Positions 1 through 10,330 are shown, numbered from the stretch's first letter. The stretch: 64,000 nucleotides of DNA from Myxococcota bacterium (GCA_963676915.2 CAXXVK010000012.1:1-64000); one strand, 5' to 3'. Notes: generated by a model not told the origin, from the letters alone. Translations and numbers: made by a program.

Positions 1-382
1 GACTCGCTGTGGTGCGCCTGGGTGGGGCTGGAGGCGGCTTCGGAGCAGCGCGATTGGCACCGCCAGCCTGTTGCTGCATCCCCGGTATAGTCAGCCAAAG
101 GACTGGTTTTGCCCCATAACGAACGATCTGTTCGAATTCGTAGTCGGTGAATTTCTGAAAGTTGGTAGGATGGAGCTTCGTTAAGGCAGACTGAAGCTGT
201 TCAGCCCGTTGCGGCGTTTTGATATACATCAAATACGTGCCGTCCTGCCAGCGCTGTGGATCGACACCGAAAGGAATCGCCACCCTTTTTGCAACGGCTT
301 CATCGTCGCTTTGCAAATGCAAAAACCATTGGCCCCGACCGTCGATACCAACCGTAGCTCTCACGTTAATGGTGTTGGCCAT
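1..382 (-). CDS. hypothetical protein, partial (runs off the window start)
   Basis: Manual translation: ATG at 382 after AGAGGA; MANTINVRATVGIDGRGQWFLHLQ...AAPKPPPAPPRRTTAS, open to position 1. Not in the ORF track because it has no stop codon in the window. Confidence 0.75.
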   Translation of the reverse strand, partial: MANTINVRATVGIDGRGQWFLHLQSDDEAVAKRVAIPFGVDPQRWQDGTYLMYIKTPQRAEQLQSALTKLHPTNFQKFTDYEFEQIVRYGAKPVLWLTIPGMQQQAGGANRAAPKPPPAPPRRTTAS

Positions 383-767
383 AGCATCCTCTGATGCGCG
401 TGTAAACGGGCTTTCGGGTACGAATCGTCCTGCACCGAAATATTCCCGTAAAAAATTGCATACCCCACTGTTACTTCATACGGAATCCCGTCCGACCGTT
501 GAAGCCTCTCATTCCAAGGATAATCTGTGTTTGCGTGACCGAAAAGCAATGCTTCTCGGGAAGCTTGGAAGAATTTTACCTTAATTGTAGGCGACTTGCA
601 AGCAAAAGGCCGATTCATCGGCTATTCTCACTTCTCCGACCTACTTAAATAACTCCTTGAGATAGCTATAGGTTTTGCGTATTTGCCATCAAAAATCCCC
701 CCAATAGCTCCAGGAATTCAACGGGTAATCCTTAGTTTTCTTATTGGTTTTTGTATGAAAGAATTGC

Positions 768-1541
768 CTAGAAAACGGCTAACATCAGTTTGGTTAGAAT
801 GAAATCCGCCACGAGAACACTCACAGAACTTATCACGACAGTCCGCGTAGTGGCTAACCCCACCCCCTCGGTTCCACCCTCTGTATGGAATCCTTCATGA
901 CAGGCTACAAGCGAAATGATGAATCCGAAAACCGCCGCTTTGAACAAACCGGAGGTAAAGTCGCTGATCATGATGGTTTCCACTACCGTCCGGTAGAAAA
1001 ACTCCAGCGAAATATCGAATTCGGCCTGGGAAATCAGCCCCCCGCCAAAGATACCGATAACATCGGCCAATCCGGTAAGAAGAGGCATGATTATCGTAGC
1101 GGCTGCGACACGCGGCACGACCAGTTTGGCGATCGGGTCCGCCCCTAGACATCGAATGGCGTCGATCTGCTCGGTGACTTTCATCGAGCCTAGCTCGGCG
1201 GTGATTCCAGCGCCGATCCGACCACCGACCATCAAAGCCGTCAGAACCGGTCCCAGTTCCCGCAAAATCGCCAAGGAAACGACCTTACCCACATAGCGAG
1301 TCGCTCCAAAGCGCTCCATGTTGTACCCGAACTGGATGGTCATCACCAATCCGGCAAATACAGCTGTCAGCAAGGCAACGGAAAGCGAGAGAATACCCAA
1401 CTGCCGAACCTGATAGACGGTTTCCAGCCATTCGAAACGGGTGAACAGGCGGCGGATACTCGCCGCGCCCATCATCGCCACGCTTCCCAGCTTGAGAATA
1501 AAACGCTCCATAATTCCGGAAGTTGCAGCAGCCACGATCAA
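768..1541 (-). CDS. mlaE: MlaE-family ABC transporter permease
   Basis: LRELGPVLTALMVGGRIGAGITAELGSMKVTEQIDA and EGVGLATT motifs; the start may be the ATG at 1511. Confidence 0.92.
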   Translation of the reverse strand: MIVAAATSGIMERFILKLGSVAMMGAASIRRLFTRFEWLETVYQVRQLGILSLSVALLTAVFAGLVMTIQFGYNMERFGATRYVGKVVSLAILRELGPVLTALMVGGRIGAGITAELGSMKVTEQIDAIRCLGADPIAKLVVPRVAAATIIMPLLTGLADVIGIFGGGLISQAEFDISLEFFYRTVVETIMISDFTSGLFKAAVFGFIISLVACHEGFHTEGGTEGVGLATTRTVVISSVSVLVADFILTKLMLAVF

Positions 1542-2119
1542 TGCTCCCCCGTGCGCAGCACGGTAAATTCGTGGGCCAGTTTATCCAGTTGGGGAAGTCC
1601 CTCATCGAATGTTGCAGGGGGCGCATGGTAAATCAGATCGAACGTGCAGTAATCTTTGACAAGCACATATGCCGCAACCTTTATCGGCACGCCGTCGAGA
1701 TGTCCTTCCACGACCACATACAACGCTTCACGACCATCCACGAGACGCTGTTCCCACACGAGGTTTTTTCGTTCCTCGATCCCGATCACCAGATGATTTG
1801 CCATAGCTTTTAGCGGCAAGTCTTCATATTCCCTGCAAGTGGAATTGACCGCAATCGCCGCCCCGAGCGTTTCGTTCCAGAAAGCGAGGTCGTTATCCTC
1901 CATCTTCGGCGCTCTACGCCAGCCTTCTTCGAGATCTCCAAGCTTGTACTGAACCTGTTGAGACGTATACATGCCTTGCTTGTATCGTGGTCGGGTTTCC
2001 TGGCAAGCGATCGCCCAAACCATAAAGACAACAACCCAAACCATTCCCGCGAAAAGAAACGATCGGGATGCAAGAGCTTTTCCCAGATTTTTTCGCATCA
2101 TCTCGCCTGCATTCTTCAT
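1538..2119 (-). CDS. putative lipoprotein upstream of mlaE
   Basis: Hydrophobic stretch ending WAIAC (lipobox-like); stop overlaps the mlaE start. Confidence 0.75.
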   Translation of the reverse strand: MKNAGEMMRKNLGKALASRSFLFAGMVWVVVFMVWAIACQETRPRYKQGMYTSQQVQYKLGDLEEGWRRAPKMEDNDLAFWNETLGAAIAVNSTCREYEDLPLKAMANHLVIGIEERKNLVWEQRLVDGREALYVVVEGHLDGVPIKVAAYVLVKDYCTFDLIYHAPPATFDEGLPQLDKLAHEFTVLRTGEH

Positions 2120-2130
2120 GACAACAACCG

Positions 2131-2484
2131 TTACTCGAAAGGATTAGGAACAGACGAAGCACGTCCATCGAAAGGTGTTTCAGGAGGCAATTTCTCATCC
2201 GGTAAAGGAAGAATAAACGCCTCTTCATCTCCTTCGATCATATTGAGAAAATCCCTAGCCAATTGTTTAACATAGGTGGGATCTTGCTCAATTCGACGCT
2301 TTTCCCTTTCCCAGTACTTTTTCTCTTCCTTGGCGTTTACAACACGTTTTTGCATGGTCGAATGGCTGGCACGAAGTTTTAGCATTTCCTCGTATCCGCC
2401 CGAGGCTTCCCGCATGATCACGGCGGCACATAGTACGATCCCTACAAGGAGTACCTGCCTCAATATTCGCTTGAACCTAGTCAT
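2131..2484 (-). CDS. FtsB/DivIC-family septum formation initiator
   Basis: Small bitopic protein: TM helix, coiled coil, then DPTYVKQLARDFLNMIEGDE resembling the FtsB/DivIC C-terminus. Confidence 0.7.
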   Translation of the reverse strand: MTRFKRILRQVLLVGIVLCAAVIMREASGGYEEMLKLRASHSTMQKRVVNAKEEKKYWEREKRRIEQDPTYVKQLARDFLNMIEGDEEAFILPLPDEKLPPETPFDGRASSVPNPFE

Positions 2485-2704
2485 CGACACCTTAAAAATT
2501 CCGCCTTATCCATTTGAAATCAGTGCGTATTATACCAAAGACCATTGTAATTGAAAATATTATAATTGAAATAGAGGGACAACATGCACTTCGTCACCCA
2601 TGCCATCGTCACGATAACCATGCATAACATATTGATATTAAAAAGAATTTTCCAGATGCAAACTTATCGCAAAGCAGGATCTTACGGCCTTTGCGCCGAA
2701 TGCA

Positions 2705-5665
2705 TCAAATCGACCGATTTTCCACCCGCCTCCGAATCAGAACCACAGCCAGGACGAAAAGCATCAGTCCGAAGAAAGCATCGCCCCCATCCAGAGTTCT
2801 ACAGCTACCGGACGACCCTTTGTCGTCATCGGCACCCGGAATAACGGACTCGGGAACCTCCTCTTCCCACGGTTTATCCTCGTCGGAGAGTTCTTCTTCC
2901 GCAATCTCTTGGTTGTCTTCATCGCCATCGGAAATGGGTGTGGAAAGGTCTTTGAACTCCAGTGAAAACACCAGTTCGGTGCCGTAGGTTCCTTTGTTGA
3001 TCAACGCAAGCAGGACTTCCGTTTCGTCTCCGATCGTTTTGTCGAATTCGGCAAGCTCGCCATCGGTCAACGACACCAACGGAGCCACCGCCTCGCCATC
3101 GGCAAATCGCTGGACTTCGCCTGCCTCGATCACTGCTGCCTGGAATCCTGTTTGGCTCCGCTTTTCGACCTCCACGGCGTCATATACCGTGTTATCCGTA
3201 CTCGCATTGATTCCCTGCACCCAGGCATCCTCAAGGGTCAACCGAAGAGAAAATGCAGGGTCCGCCACTTCATTCGGATTTTGTGCCTGTTCAAAACCGG
3301 CATCAGTCAAAGAAGTATCGAACTGATGCGTAATGACAAACGTTTCGCCGTCCAGACCTTCTTCTTTGGCAATCGCCTGCGCTACGCGGCCATCCTCCGG
3401 CGGATAGTTTCCAACAGCGGATTCGAACCGCAGATAGAAGTTGCGATTGTTTCCAAGTTCGGTCACGTATCGTCCATCGATGTCGGTGGTTCCCCACTGC
3501 CCGAGGGTCAACGAGTCAGGATCGCCCCAGGCTTCCGTCACCACCCAAACGAAGGCACCATCCACCGGTTTTCCATCGGCGTCGGTCAAGGTTACGTCGA
3601 GAGTCACTTTTCCCGAAAAATCGCCGACCACCGAACGAATCACGCCATCGCCACGAGTCCCCACGATGCAGCCGCAATCTTTACCGCCGCCGCCCGTATC
3701 CGAGTCGTAAGCGATGGTATTCGAATCGATGCGCGTGGGACCATCGCTCCAGTCCACCTGGAAAGGATGCCACTCGTCGAGCAGGTAAAACGTATTCCAT
3801 ACGTGATCATCGGTGGAGTTATGCACGTTCAAATTGGGAAGAAGCGCCGTTCGAAGCGCGGCCCCCATCATGTCCTGCAATTCCCCGCAATTTCCGTAAT
3901 GATTGTTCGAAATCCGTACAGGCTGACTCACACGCTCCAGCGGGGAAATCAGCATGCTTGCTTCGGAAATGTTGTAAAACATGTTCTGCGTAGTCCACCA
4001 GCCGATCTTGTCGAGCACAAAGGTATCGGGATCGAACAAACGATTGCCGCTGATTCCCGGATAGGCTACGGCGTCCCAAACGATCGTAGAGCCTTCTAAC
4101 ACCTCCGGTAAAGAGGGATAACCACCCTCGGTCAACTCCGACGCTCCCGGCCATTGCCCATAAAAACCACCCGGCATCCGCAATCCGTCCCAACGATCAG
4201 TCTCGGACTCAACCGCTCCGAGTACCAGCAGACAAGCTCCCCGCTGCACCGCCAATTCCAATTTCCGCCCTATGGCCGTCACGGAGGCCCAATCGTCGGT
4301 ATCCGTATCGTATTCAGCAATGGCCTGGTAAAACGCCTTATCTTGTGCTTCGGCAAGGATAATTTTATTGTAATCGTAATCATTCAAGGTACTTATCAGG
4401 TTTGCCGTATCGGTGACATCGACCTTCGCCGCATTGTCTTGCAACAGGTCTTCGATAGGAGTACCACCGTACGAATCACGGTTTTTCACGATCAAATAGC
4501 TGGAGTTCGAATAAAGGTAGCGGTTGTTGTTGGCACTATGTACGAGATTTTCCAACAGAGCCGTGTTGCCTTCGGTTGCTTGTTTCGCAGCGGGAATTGT
4601 CGTAGCCAGCACACTGCCATCCGGTTTGGGAGATGTGGAATTGTTGCCGTAGACGAATTCAATCGTAGCGGCAAGACCGTCTTGATCGCGTTTGGCAAGC
4701 ACAATCGGTCCGATCTCGAAATCCACGAGTGCCGCATCCGCCTGTATCCCTTCGAACGCTACGCCATGCAATTCGTTGGGTTCGAGCATCGATTTGTGAA
4801 CGGTATGAGAAAGCGGTGGTTCGTTGGTGGGATTGGCGAAGTAATCACGCCAGAACACGCCGTTGGGTTTCGTTCCGAAATTGCCGGATTTCGGATTGGC
4901 CCAGCGAAAACGTTCCCAGTCGAGCTTGGGATGCACAACGAACCAGTAATAATATTCCGGGGGAAGATCCCAGTCGGTCGGCTGGCCTTCCACCTCCAGA
5001 TGATACCGAACCGTGGTTTGTCCGGCCTCTTCGTCTTCGATCAACTCGGCATACGCGACGTTTTCCGCCATGGAATACAGCGCCCGAGCGTTTTCTGCGA
5101 GAACTTCCGGGAACAGTTCTTCGCTGGAAAGGTCTTCCGGCGAGGAATGGGCAAGCACGAAGGCGATTTCATCCAGCAATCTCGAATCGGTTTCGTTGGC
5201 CAGCATATATACCATCCGCGCCCGCTGATCCTCCGGCAACCGCAACAGGGACGCAGCCAAATCCGGCTTCAACCACTCCGGGATGCGTTCGTCCAGGCCG
5301 TCCTCGAAACGAAAAATTCCCAACGATTCCGGACCGTTTTCTCCATCCGCCGTATAGGTTACCACACCGGAAACGGGATCGATCCCCGCCACGGCACGAA
5401 CTCCCGGCGGAACCCGCAGGTAGACCGTCGAGTCGCCTTCCGCCGCTTTTCGATGTTTTGGAATCAAGAATGGACGAACGAGAGGTTTGGGAGCTACGGT
5501 CACCGGCTGTCCTTTGGACACCTGAAAGGCCGGAACCGTCGTACTTCGCTCGACAGTAGGAAAACGCTGTGTCCCGGATTGAAATGTCTCCGGCATTTCA
5601 GCCGCAACCACGGATGCAACCAACGTTATCCCTACGAACAGCAACATCGATGTACTTTTACGCAT
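2705..5665 (-). CDS. secreted transglutaminase-like-domain protein with C-terminal MYXO-CTERM-like anchor
   Basis: Start moved to ATG 5665 (AGGAGG upstream; signal peptide MRKSTSMLLF...). GNCGE...DHVWN Cys/His motifs; C-terminus SSGSC + TM helix + RRR. Confidence 0.75.
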   Translation of the reverse strand: MRKSTSMLLFVGITLVASVVAAEMPETFQSGTQRFPTVERSTTVPAFQVSKGQPVTVAPKPLVRPFLIPKHRKAAEGDSTVYLRVPPGVRAVAGIDPVSGVVTYTADGENGPESLGIFRFEDGLDERIPEWLKPDLAASLLRLPEDQRARMVYMLANETDSRLLDEIAFVLAHSSPEDLSSEELFPEVLAENARALYSMAENVAYAELIEDEEAGQTTVRYHLEVEGQPTDWDLPPEYYYWFVVHPKLDWERFRWANPKSGNFGTKPNGVFWRDYFANPTNEPPLSHTVHKSMLEPNELHGVAFEGIQADAALVDFEIGPIVLAKRDQDGLAATIEFVYGNNSTSPKPDGSVLATTIPAAKQATEGNTALLENLVHSANNNRYLYSNSSYLIVKNRDSYGGTPIEDLLQDNAAKVDVTDTANLISTLNDYDYNKIILAEAQDKAFYQAIAEYDTDTDDWASVTAIGRKLELAVQRGACLLVLGAVESETDRWDGLRMPGGFYGQWPGASELTEGGYPSLPEVLEGSTIVWDAVAYPGISGNRLFDPDTFVLDKIGWWTTQNMFYNISEASMLISPLERVSQPVRISNNHYGNCGELQDMMGAALRTALLPNLNVHNSTDDHVWNTFYLLDEWHPFQVDWSDGPTRIDSNTIAYDSDTGGGGKDCGCIVGTRGDGVIRSVVGDFSGKVTLDVTLTDADGKPVDGAFVWVVTEAWGDPDSLTLGQWGTTDIDGRYVTELGNNRNFYLRFESAVGNYPPEDGRVAQAIAKEEGLDGETFVITHQFDTSLTDAGFEQAQNPNEVADPAFSLRLTLEDAWVQGINASTDNTVYDAVEVEKRSQTGFQAAVIEAGEVQRFADGEAVAPLVSLTDGELAEFDKTIGDETEVLLALINKGTYGTELVFSLEFKDLSTPISDGDEDNQEIAEEELSDEDKPWEEEVPESVIPGADDDKGSSGSCRTLDGGDAFFGLMLFVLAVVLIRRRVENRSI

Positions 5666-5736
5666 CCCTCGGACCTCCTTTAAATTCCCATGGCGGAAGA
5701 AAGGTATTGTACCGAGGAGCGCACCCGAACACAAGT

Positions 5737-7275
5737 CTAACGGGCTTCCCAATCCTCGGGGAGACAAAGTTGCGCAACGTTTTGAATGTAGACAAGGCAC
5801 AAGGTTCCGTCAGGACAGGAACCCTGCGTTCCCGGCAGATCGTAACAGCGTGTCGTGCACATATCTGCAACACAGTACTGTACACCACCCGTGCAATCGG
5901 TTTCGTCGTGACAAAAATCCCCGAATGCGCCCGGTGAATGTTGGGGACGACAAATGCCGGAATCGCAATATCCACAAAGACCACAGACTTCGTTTTCCGT
6001 ACAAGAATAGGTACAAATCCACTGATCGTCCCGGCTTTTGTCACACACGAACGGCTCGGCACAATCGTCGTCTACGTTGCATCCTTCACCGAATCCGCGA
6101 TCTCCACCCCAGACGAGGGACTGGCTTGCGTCGTCGGGTCGGCAAACCTGTCCCAAGGGATCTTCCTCGAGACAACTCCAACCGTCCGGGCAAGTAACAA
6201 CATCGCAAAATTGTGAGCAGAATCGTATCTCTTCATCTCCCAACGTGTCGATAAGGCAGGAATTTTGTTCACAATCGGCCCCACTGACGCAGCTATGACC
6301 AATCGATTGCGCCACTCGAAGCACGTCGCAGCTTCCGTTTTCTCCCAACAGGAAATCGATGCCATCGAAATGGCTGTACATAATGTTGTCAGGATCGACA
6401 AAAACCGAATCCTCTCCCTCCGTGATCGAATTTCCCAGGAAACGTCCCGTAACTTCAGGAGAATCCTGTAGGCGGGCGTGAATCCAGTACCGACCGCGTG
6501 AAATCGAAAAGCGATAGGTCAAAGATTCGTTGTCTCCTGCCGGACCAAGTGTCAGAACCGGGCCGACCGCCTCTCGAGCCTCGTCATCCAAATACACTTC
6601 AACCATTTCCTGTCGATGCCAAGGCAAAAGATAAATACTTCCTTCAATGATCGCCTGGGGTACCTCTTCCTCAGCTTCCGCCTCCGGTTCCAACTCTGGT
6701 TCCAATTCCAGTTCAGGTTCAAACTCCGGTTCCAGTTCGTATTCGGGTTCCAGCTCAGGTTCCAATTCCAATTCGTATTCCGGCTCGATCTCTTCTTCCG
6801 GTTCGAGTTCGGGTTCCCACTCAGGTTCTAATTCCAGCTCCAATTCGGGCGTTTCATCAAGATCCGAATCCAACTCGACCTCGATTTCCTCCTCCGGCTC
6901 TGCTTCTTCAGACTCGAAGGCTTCTTCCTCCAACTCAACCTCGGGAAACTCTTCCTCCCATTCTTGCTCGTCCTCATCACCGGCGATTTCGTTTGCCTCT
7001 TCCTCGGTTTCTTCATCCGCCGGAGTCACATTGTCGGGAACACATTGTTCGAGAATGGAACTCCAGTGAGTTCCGGGATCGCATTCGGGCGGGGCTTCAT
7101 CGAGAACATCCTCATCCGTGTCGCAATCTCCCCCGATGCAGGAATTCGAAGATCCGTCATCGGTATCAAGCCCAAGAAGCTCACAAGCCGCAAACGAACT
7201 CGACATCAGAAAAAGCAGAAAACACCAACAAAACCAATTTGTTAGCCTTGTTAAACGTGGCGACGTCCGGCTCAT
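5737..7275 (-). CDS. Cys-rich lipoprotein with Glu-Pro repeat spacer
   Basis: Lipobox FAAC; long EPELELEPE-type tract; C-terminal C-x2-D-x-D-C repeats. Confidence 0.8.
   Translation of the reverse strand: MSRTSPRLTRLTNWFCWCFLLFLMSSSFAACELLGLDTDDGSSNSCIGGDCDTDEDVLDEAPPECDPGTHWSSILEQCVPDNVTPADEETEEEANEIAGDEDEQEWEEEFPEVELEEEAFESEEAEPEEEIEVELDSDLDETPELELELEPEWEPELEPEEEIEPEYELELEPELEPEYELEPEFEPELELEPELEPEAEAEEEVPQAIIEGSIYLLPWHRQEMVEVYLDDEAREAVGPVLTLGPAGDNESLTYRFSISRGRYWIHARLQDSPEVTGRFLGNSITEGEDSVFVDPDNIMYSHFDGIDFLLGENGSCDVLRVAQSIGHSCVSGADCEQNSCLIDTLGDEEIRFCSQFCDVVTCPDGWSCLEEDPLGQVCRPDDASQSLVWGGDRGFGEGCNVDDDCAEPFVCDKSRDDQWICTYSCTENEVCGLCGYCDSGICRPQHSPGAFGDFCHDETDCTGGVQYCVADMCTTRCYDLPGTQGSCPDGTLCLVYIQNVAQLCLPEDWEAR
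6660..6860 (-). repeat. imperfect in-frame tandem repeat encoding (E-P-E-L/Y/F/W)n
   Basis: Reiterated ggttcca/ggttccaattcca units; translation PELELELEPEWEPELEPEEEIEPEYELELEPELEPEYELEPEFEPELELEPELEPE. Confidence 0.8.
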
Positions 7276-7436
7276 GATTCTACCTCGTGCGACTTCGTTT
7301 CAATCCGAAGAGTTCAATCCATGACAAAAACCAGTGTACGCCGAAAAACAATGCCCCGCAACCGAACGGTACTGTTGAAAACCTACCGATCCGATTGCGG
7401 GGCGAAAGAAACTCGTTGGAGATTTACGAGATTCCT

Positions 7437-9029
7437 TCAACGTTCTTGCGGCACACAGAACCCTTGTTGTCCACAAACCAGCGTCTGGTCCGGCGGTTCC
7501 GGACAATCTTCGTCGTTGTTGCAAAGCGGCACACAGGCTTTTCCATTCGGAGTCGTTGCGCAATCACATCCCATAGTTGCATCATCCGGGCAAGCCCCCT
7601 CAACCTGGCAATCAGCCTTCACCGTACAGGTTATCGGTTCATTTTCTTGTTGTTCAGGGTCTTCATCTCCCGGAACAAGGTCTTCGTCTCCCGGCTGGAT
7701 ATCGTCATTCCCATCGGGGTTGGCATTGAAGACGTTCGCATCTCTGACGCAACGAACGAAATTGTAAATGCGAATCGCATCGCCCTGCGGTCCGTGACCG
7801 TTCGGATAATCCGCCGGATCACCTGCTTTGGGATCGCTTCGCTGACATCCCGCTCCGTGGACGTCCATCCAAGTATCGTTCATGTAACCCAACGCACGAC
7901 CAAAGGTTACATAGGCACCACCGCTTCCACCCTGTTTATCAGCGTGCGTAGAACTCGTCCAATACCAACCGAAGTCACTCTGTCCGGCTTCGTTGGTGAT
8001 TGCCGTGGTCTCGAACATAGGATCGATAGCGGCGGAGTTCGTCGTGCCCGGAGATCGGCTGTAATCCACTAAACTTTGAAGTTGTTTGGCGTCGGGAAGT
8101 TTCCAATTCTGGTATCCGGCGAAATCCAACCCTTCACAATAATCCAACGCATCGCTCCAGTTCATGGTGTCTACACTGTCGCTTTTCTGCCACATCAATC
8201 CGGTGGCGGCATCGGTAATCGTGCCATCGCCGTTGTCCGTGAAATCATTCTGCCCGTAGTTTTCGCCACCTCGCACGTAAATTACGTAATAGCCATTATT
8301 TTGCTGCGTTTGCGTGGGATAGCATTTGATCCGTCCGTCCGCGAAATTCACACCGAAAAAGCACTCTTCTCCCCCCATTACCGTCTCTTTGTAAATATTG
8401 GAGGTCACCCACTGAGAATCGATTACGCGATCTCCGTTGGAAGTATCACCGTAGGAAAATCCAAAGGTCTCATCATCGATGAACGGTGTCATATCTCCGG
8501 TTTCCTCGGAAGCCGGGTCGATATCCCGCCCCGAAAACAGGATCAGAGAGTACAGTTCCTTTATGGTTGGTACGCGCCAATCGTCGTATCCGGCCAATTC
8601 GAATGAATCCACGGTCGCCACGGCATCGTAATAGGTCTGTTTATCCCCAGGATCTTGTTGCCACATCAACCCCGTCACCTGGTCAGTCACGGTTCCGTCC
8701 CCATTGATTGAATATCGGGGAGTATTTCCGTCGTACTGCGCATCCTGACCGAAAAATGCCTCCCCATCGCCTGGACAGGTCATCGCCGCTTCGTTATCGA
8801 AACAGGTGACTTGCCCGGTATCGACGATGGCGTAGGACGCGGAAGTCTGGTTCGGTATGCTTTCGTCGTTATCTCCCCCGGAAACATTCGGGAATTCGGT
8901 GTCACTTTGATCATAATCCCCATCTTGATTCCCATCATTGCTCGAATCCGACCCTAGACAATTGAAGAAAACGAATGGTGCCAAACCAATCATTATTGTC
9001 ATGATCACCGTTTGCCATTTCATGCTCAT
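7437..9029 (-). CDS. DUF1566 (Lcl C-terminal)-domain protein, probable lipoprotein
   Basis: Two DNGDGT(V/I)TD..TGLMWQ...GY..W(R/K)(V/L)P..K(E/Q)L.SL repeats, VRCVR end motif, Cys-rich tail. Confidence 0.85.
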   Translation of the reverse strand: MSMKWQTVIMTIMIGLAPFVFFNCLGSDSSNDGNQDGDYDQSDTEFPNVSGGDNDESIPNQTSASYAIVDTGQVTCFDNEAAMTCPGDGEAFFGQDAQYDGNTPRYSINGDGTVTDQVTGLMWQQDPGDKQTYYDAVATVDSFELAGYDDWRVPTIKELYSLILFSGRDIDPASEETGDMTPFIDDETFGFSYGDTSNGDRVIDSQWVTSNIYKETVMGGEECFFGVNFADGRIKCYPTQTQQNNGYYVIYVRGGENYGQNDFTDNGDGTITDAATGLMWQKSDSVDTMNWSDALDYCEGLDFAGYQNWKLPDAKQLQSLVDYSRSPGTTNSAAIDPMFETTAITNEAGQSDFGWYWTSSTHADKQGGSGGAYVTFGRALGYMNDTWMDVHGAGCQRSDPKAGDPADYPNGHGPQGDAIRIYNFVRCVRDANVFNANPDGNDDIQPGDEDLVPGDEDPEQQENEPITCTVKADCQVEGACPDDATMGCDCATTPNGKACVPLCNNDEDCPEPPDQTLVCGQQGFCVPQER

Positions 9030-9280
9030 TCTCCCATTTTTCTCAAAGTTTCTAACATTTACACCGATTTACAGCGACCTTCCGCAACGAAAAATTTCGT
9101 CATTCAACCGTCTATACGGAGAAGCCTCCCCATTTGGGTTACAAAAAATAAATTAAAGCAATAGACATAGTTCATGACAATTCACAAACAGTCCATTACC
9201 AACGAAATTGCGCAAACTGTTAAAACAAACAATTCCTTACTTCCCCCACTTCCAATTGTCTTGGTTCCGAAAAACGGTTC

Positions 9281-10330
9281 TCAGAATTTCGGATATTTGT
9301 GCTCGGCCAGTTTGTCCGCTTTTCCCCGGAAACGAGGCATGATCTCGGAAGCCACTTCGTAGGTAACTTTCTTGAAGTAGTTCTTGTTGACCTCATCCTT
9401 TTTCATGTGGAAAAACAGCGTCGCGTTGGAAGCGTGTATCAGAGCATACATCGGTAATTTCTGGTCGGATTTCGGCGGCATCGAGCGCTGCTCACTGTAA
9501 GTTTGCACAAGATCCTTCATAGCGCTTGAATCCTGGAAATTGCAACGCCACAGGGCGAGGTCGATCAATGTAGCAGCGGCCCCGGCTTTTTCCCAGTTGA
9601 CCCATCCAGTGATTTCGCTGGTATCCGGGTTCACCCAAATATTTGCGGGATGGACTTCATTATGGGTAATGCAGGTAGGTTCACCCAAAAACAGTTTCTT
9701 GTTTTCCTCAAAATATTCCATCCAACGATCGACGTCCGCTTTCTCAAAGACATCGTTTTCTTTGATTCGATTGAATTGAATCGAAGCCATCTGCGAGGCA
9801 TAAACCGCCCACGGACCCTGAAATACACCTTTCTTTTTCATGGTGAACAGTCCGGTGGACTCCACTTTGGCCGAATGCAGCCGCGCCATGTATCGCCCCA
9901 TCGCCTGAGCGATTTTATTCATGTTGATTTTCTTCAACGAAGGATCTTCACGGAAAAGCTTGAGAAGTGGAACCCCTTCGATTCCTTGCAAGACTTCAAT
10001 CGGCTTGAAGAAATCGTCGTCCATAGGTCGTATACCTACGGGTTTTGGAATCGGAATCATCAGATCCTGTTCCACCGTCTTTTTGTTCAATGCATAGATT
10101 TCGGACAGAATCCAGAATTCCCGCTGCAATGGGGACCATTTGGCCGTTTTGGGAATATTCTGGGATACTTTGATCCAATAATGACCGGACTTGTAAGCAT
10201 CAACACCGGGACCGAGAAGAAAAGGTTCGTACGATTCCGGGTCGCTGTACTCCAAATGCTCCCGCATACAAAAAGAAGGGGCTTGGCTTTTGATCAAATT
10301 GACGGCGTGATCCCAGAATTCCTCGGCCAT
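9281..10330 (-). CDS. aminoglycoside phosphotransferase/choline-kinase-like fold protein, predicted pseudokinase
   Basis: APH layout (WIK, RE, IPIPK, GRYMARLHS), but HNEVHPAN replaces HGDxHxxN and VNWE replaces IDWE. Confidence 0.75.
   Translation of the reverse strand: MAEEFWDHAVNLIKSQAPSFCMREHLEYSDPESYEPFLLGPGVDAYKSGHYWIKVSQNIPKTAKWSPLQREFWILSEIYALNKKTVEQDLMIPIPKPVGIRPMDDDFFKPIEVLQGIEGVPLLKLFREDPSLKKINMNKIAQAMGRYMARLHSAKVESTGLFTMKKKGVFQGPWAVYASQMASIQFNRIKENDVFEKADVDRWMEYFEENKKLFLGEPTCITHNEVHPANIWVNPDTSEITGWVNWEKAGAAATLIDLALWRCNFQDSSAMKDLVQTYSEQRSMPPKSDQKLPMYALIHASNATLFFHMKKDEVNKNYFKKVTYEVASEIMPRFRGKADKLAEHKYPKF

Noticed and set aside
2543-2572. AATTGAAAATATTATAATT as a Fur-like box
   Set aside because: Only one half-site matches, the region is AT-rich, and no iron-related gene is downstream.
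3152-5683. Long plus-strand ORFs here (315 and 509 aa) and similar ones at 10900, 13004, 34847 and 45935
   Set aside because: They are antisense shadows of well-supported minus-strand genes and have no recognisable motifs.
7437-9029. DUF1566 protein as a diversity-generating retroelement target
   Set aside because: No reverse transcriptase and no near-identical template repeat seen in the window.
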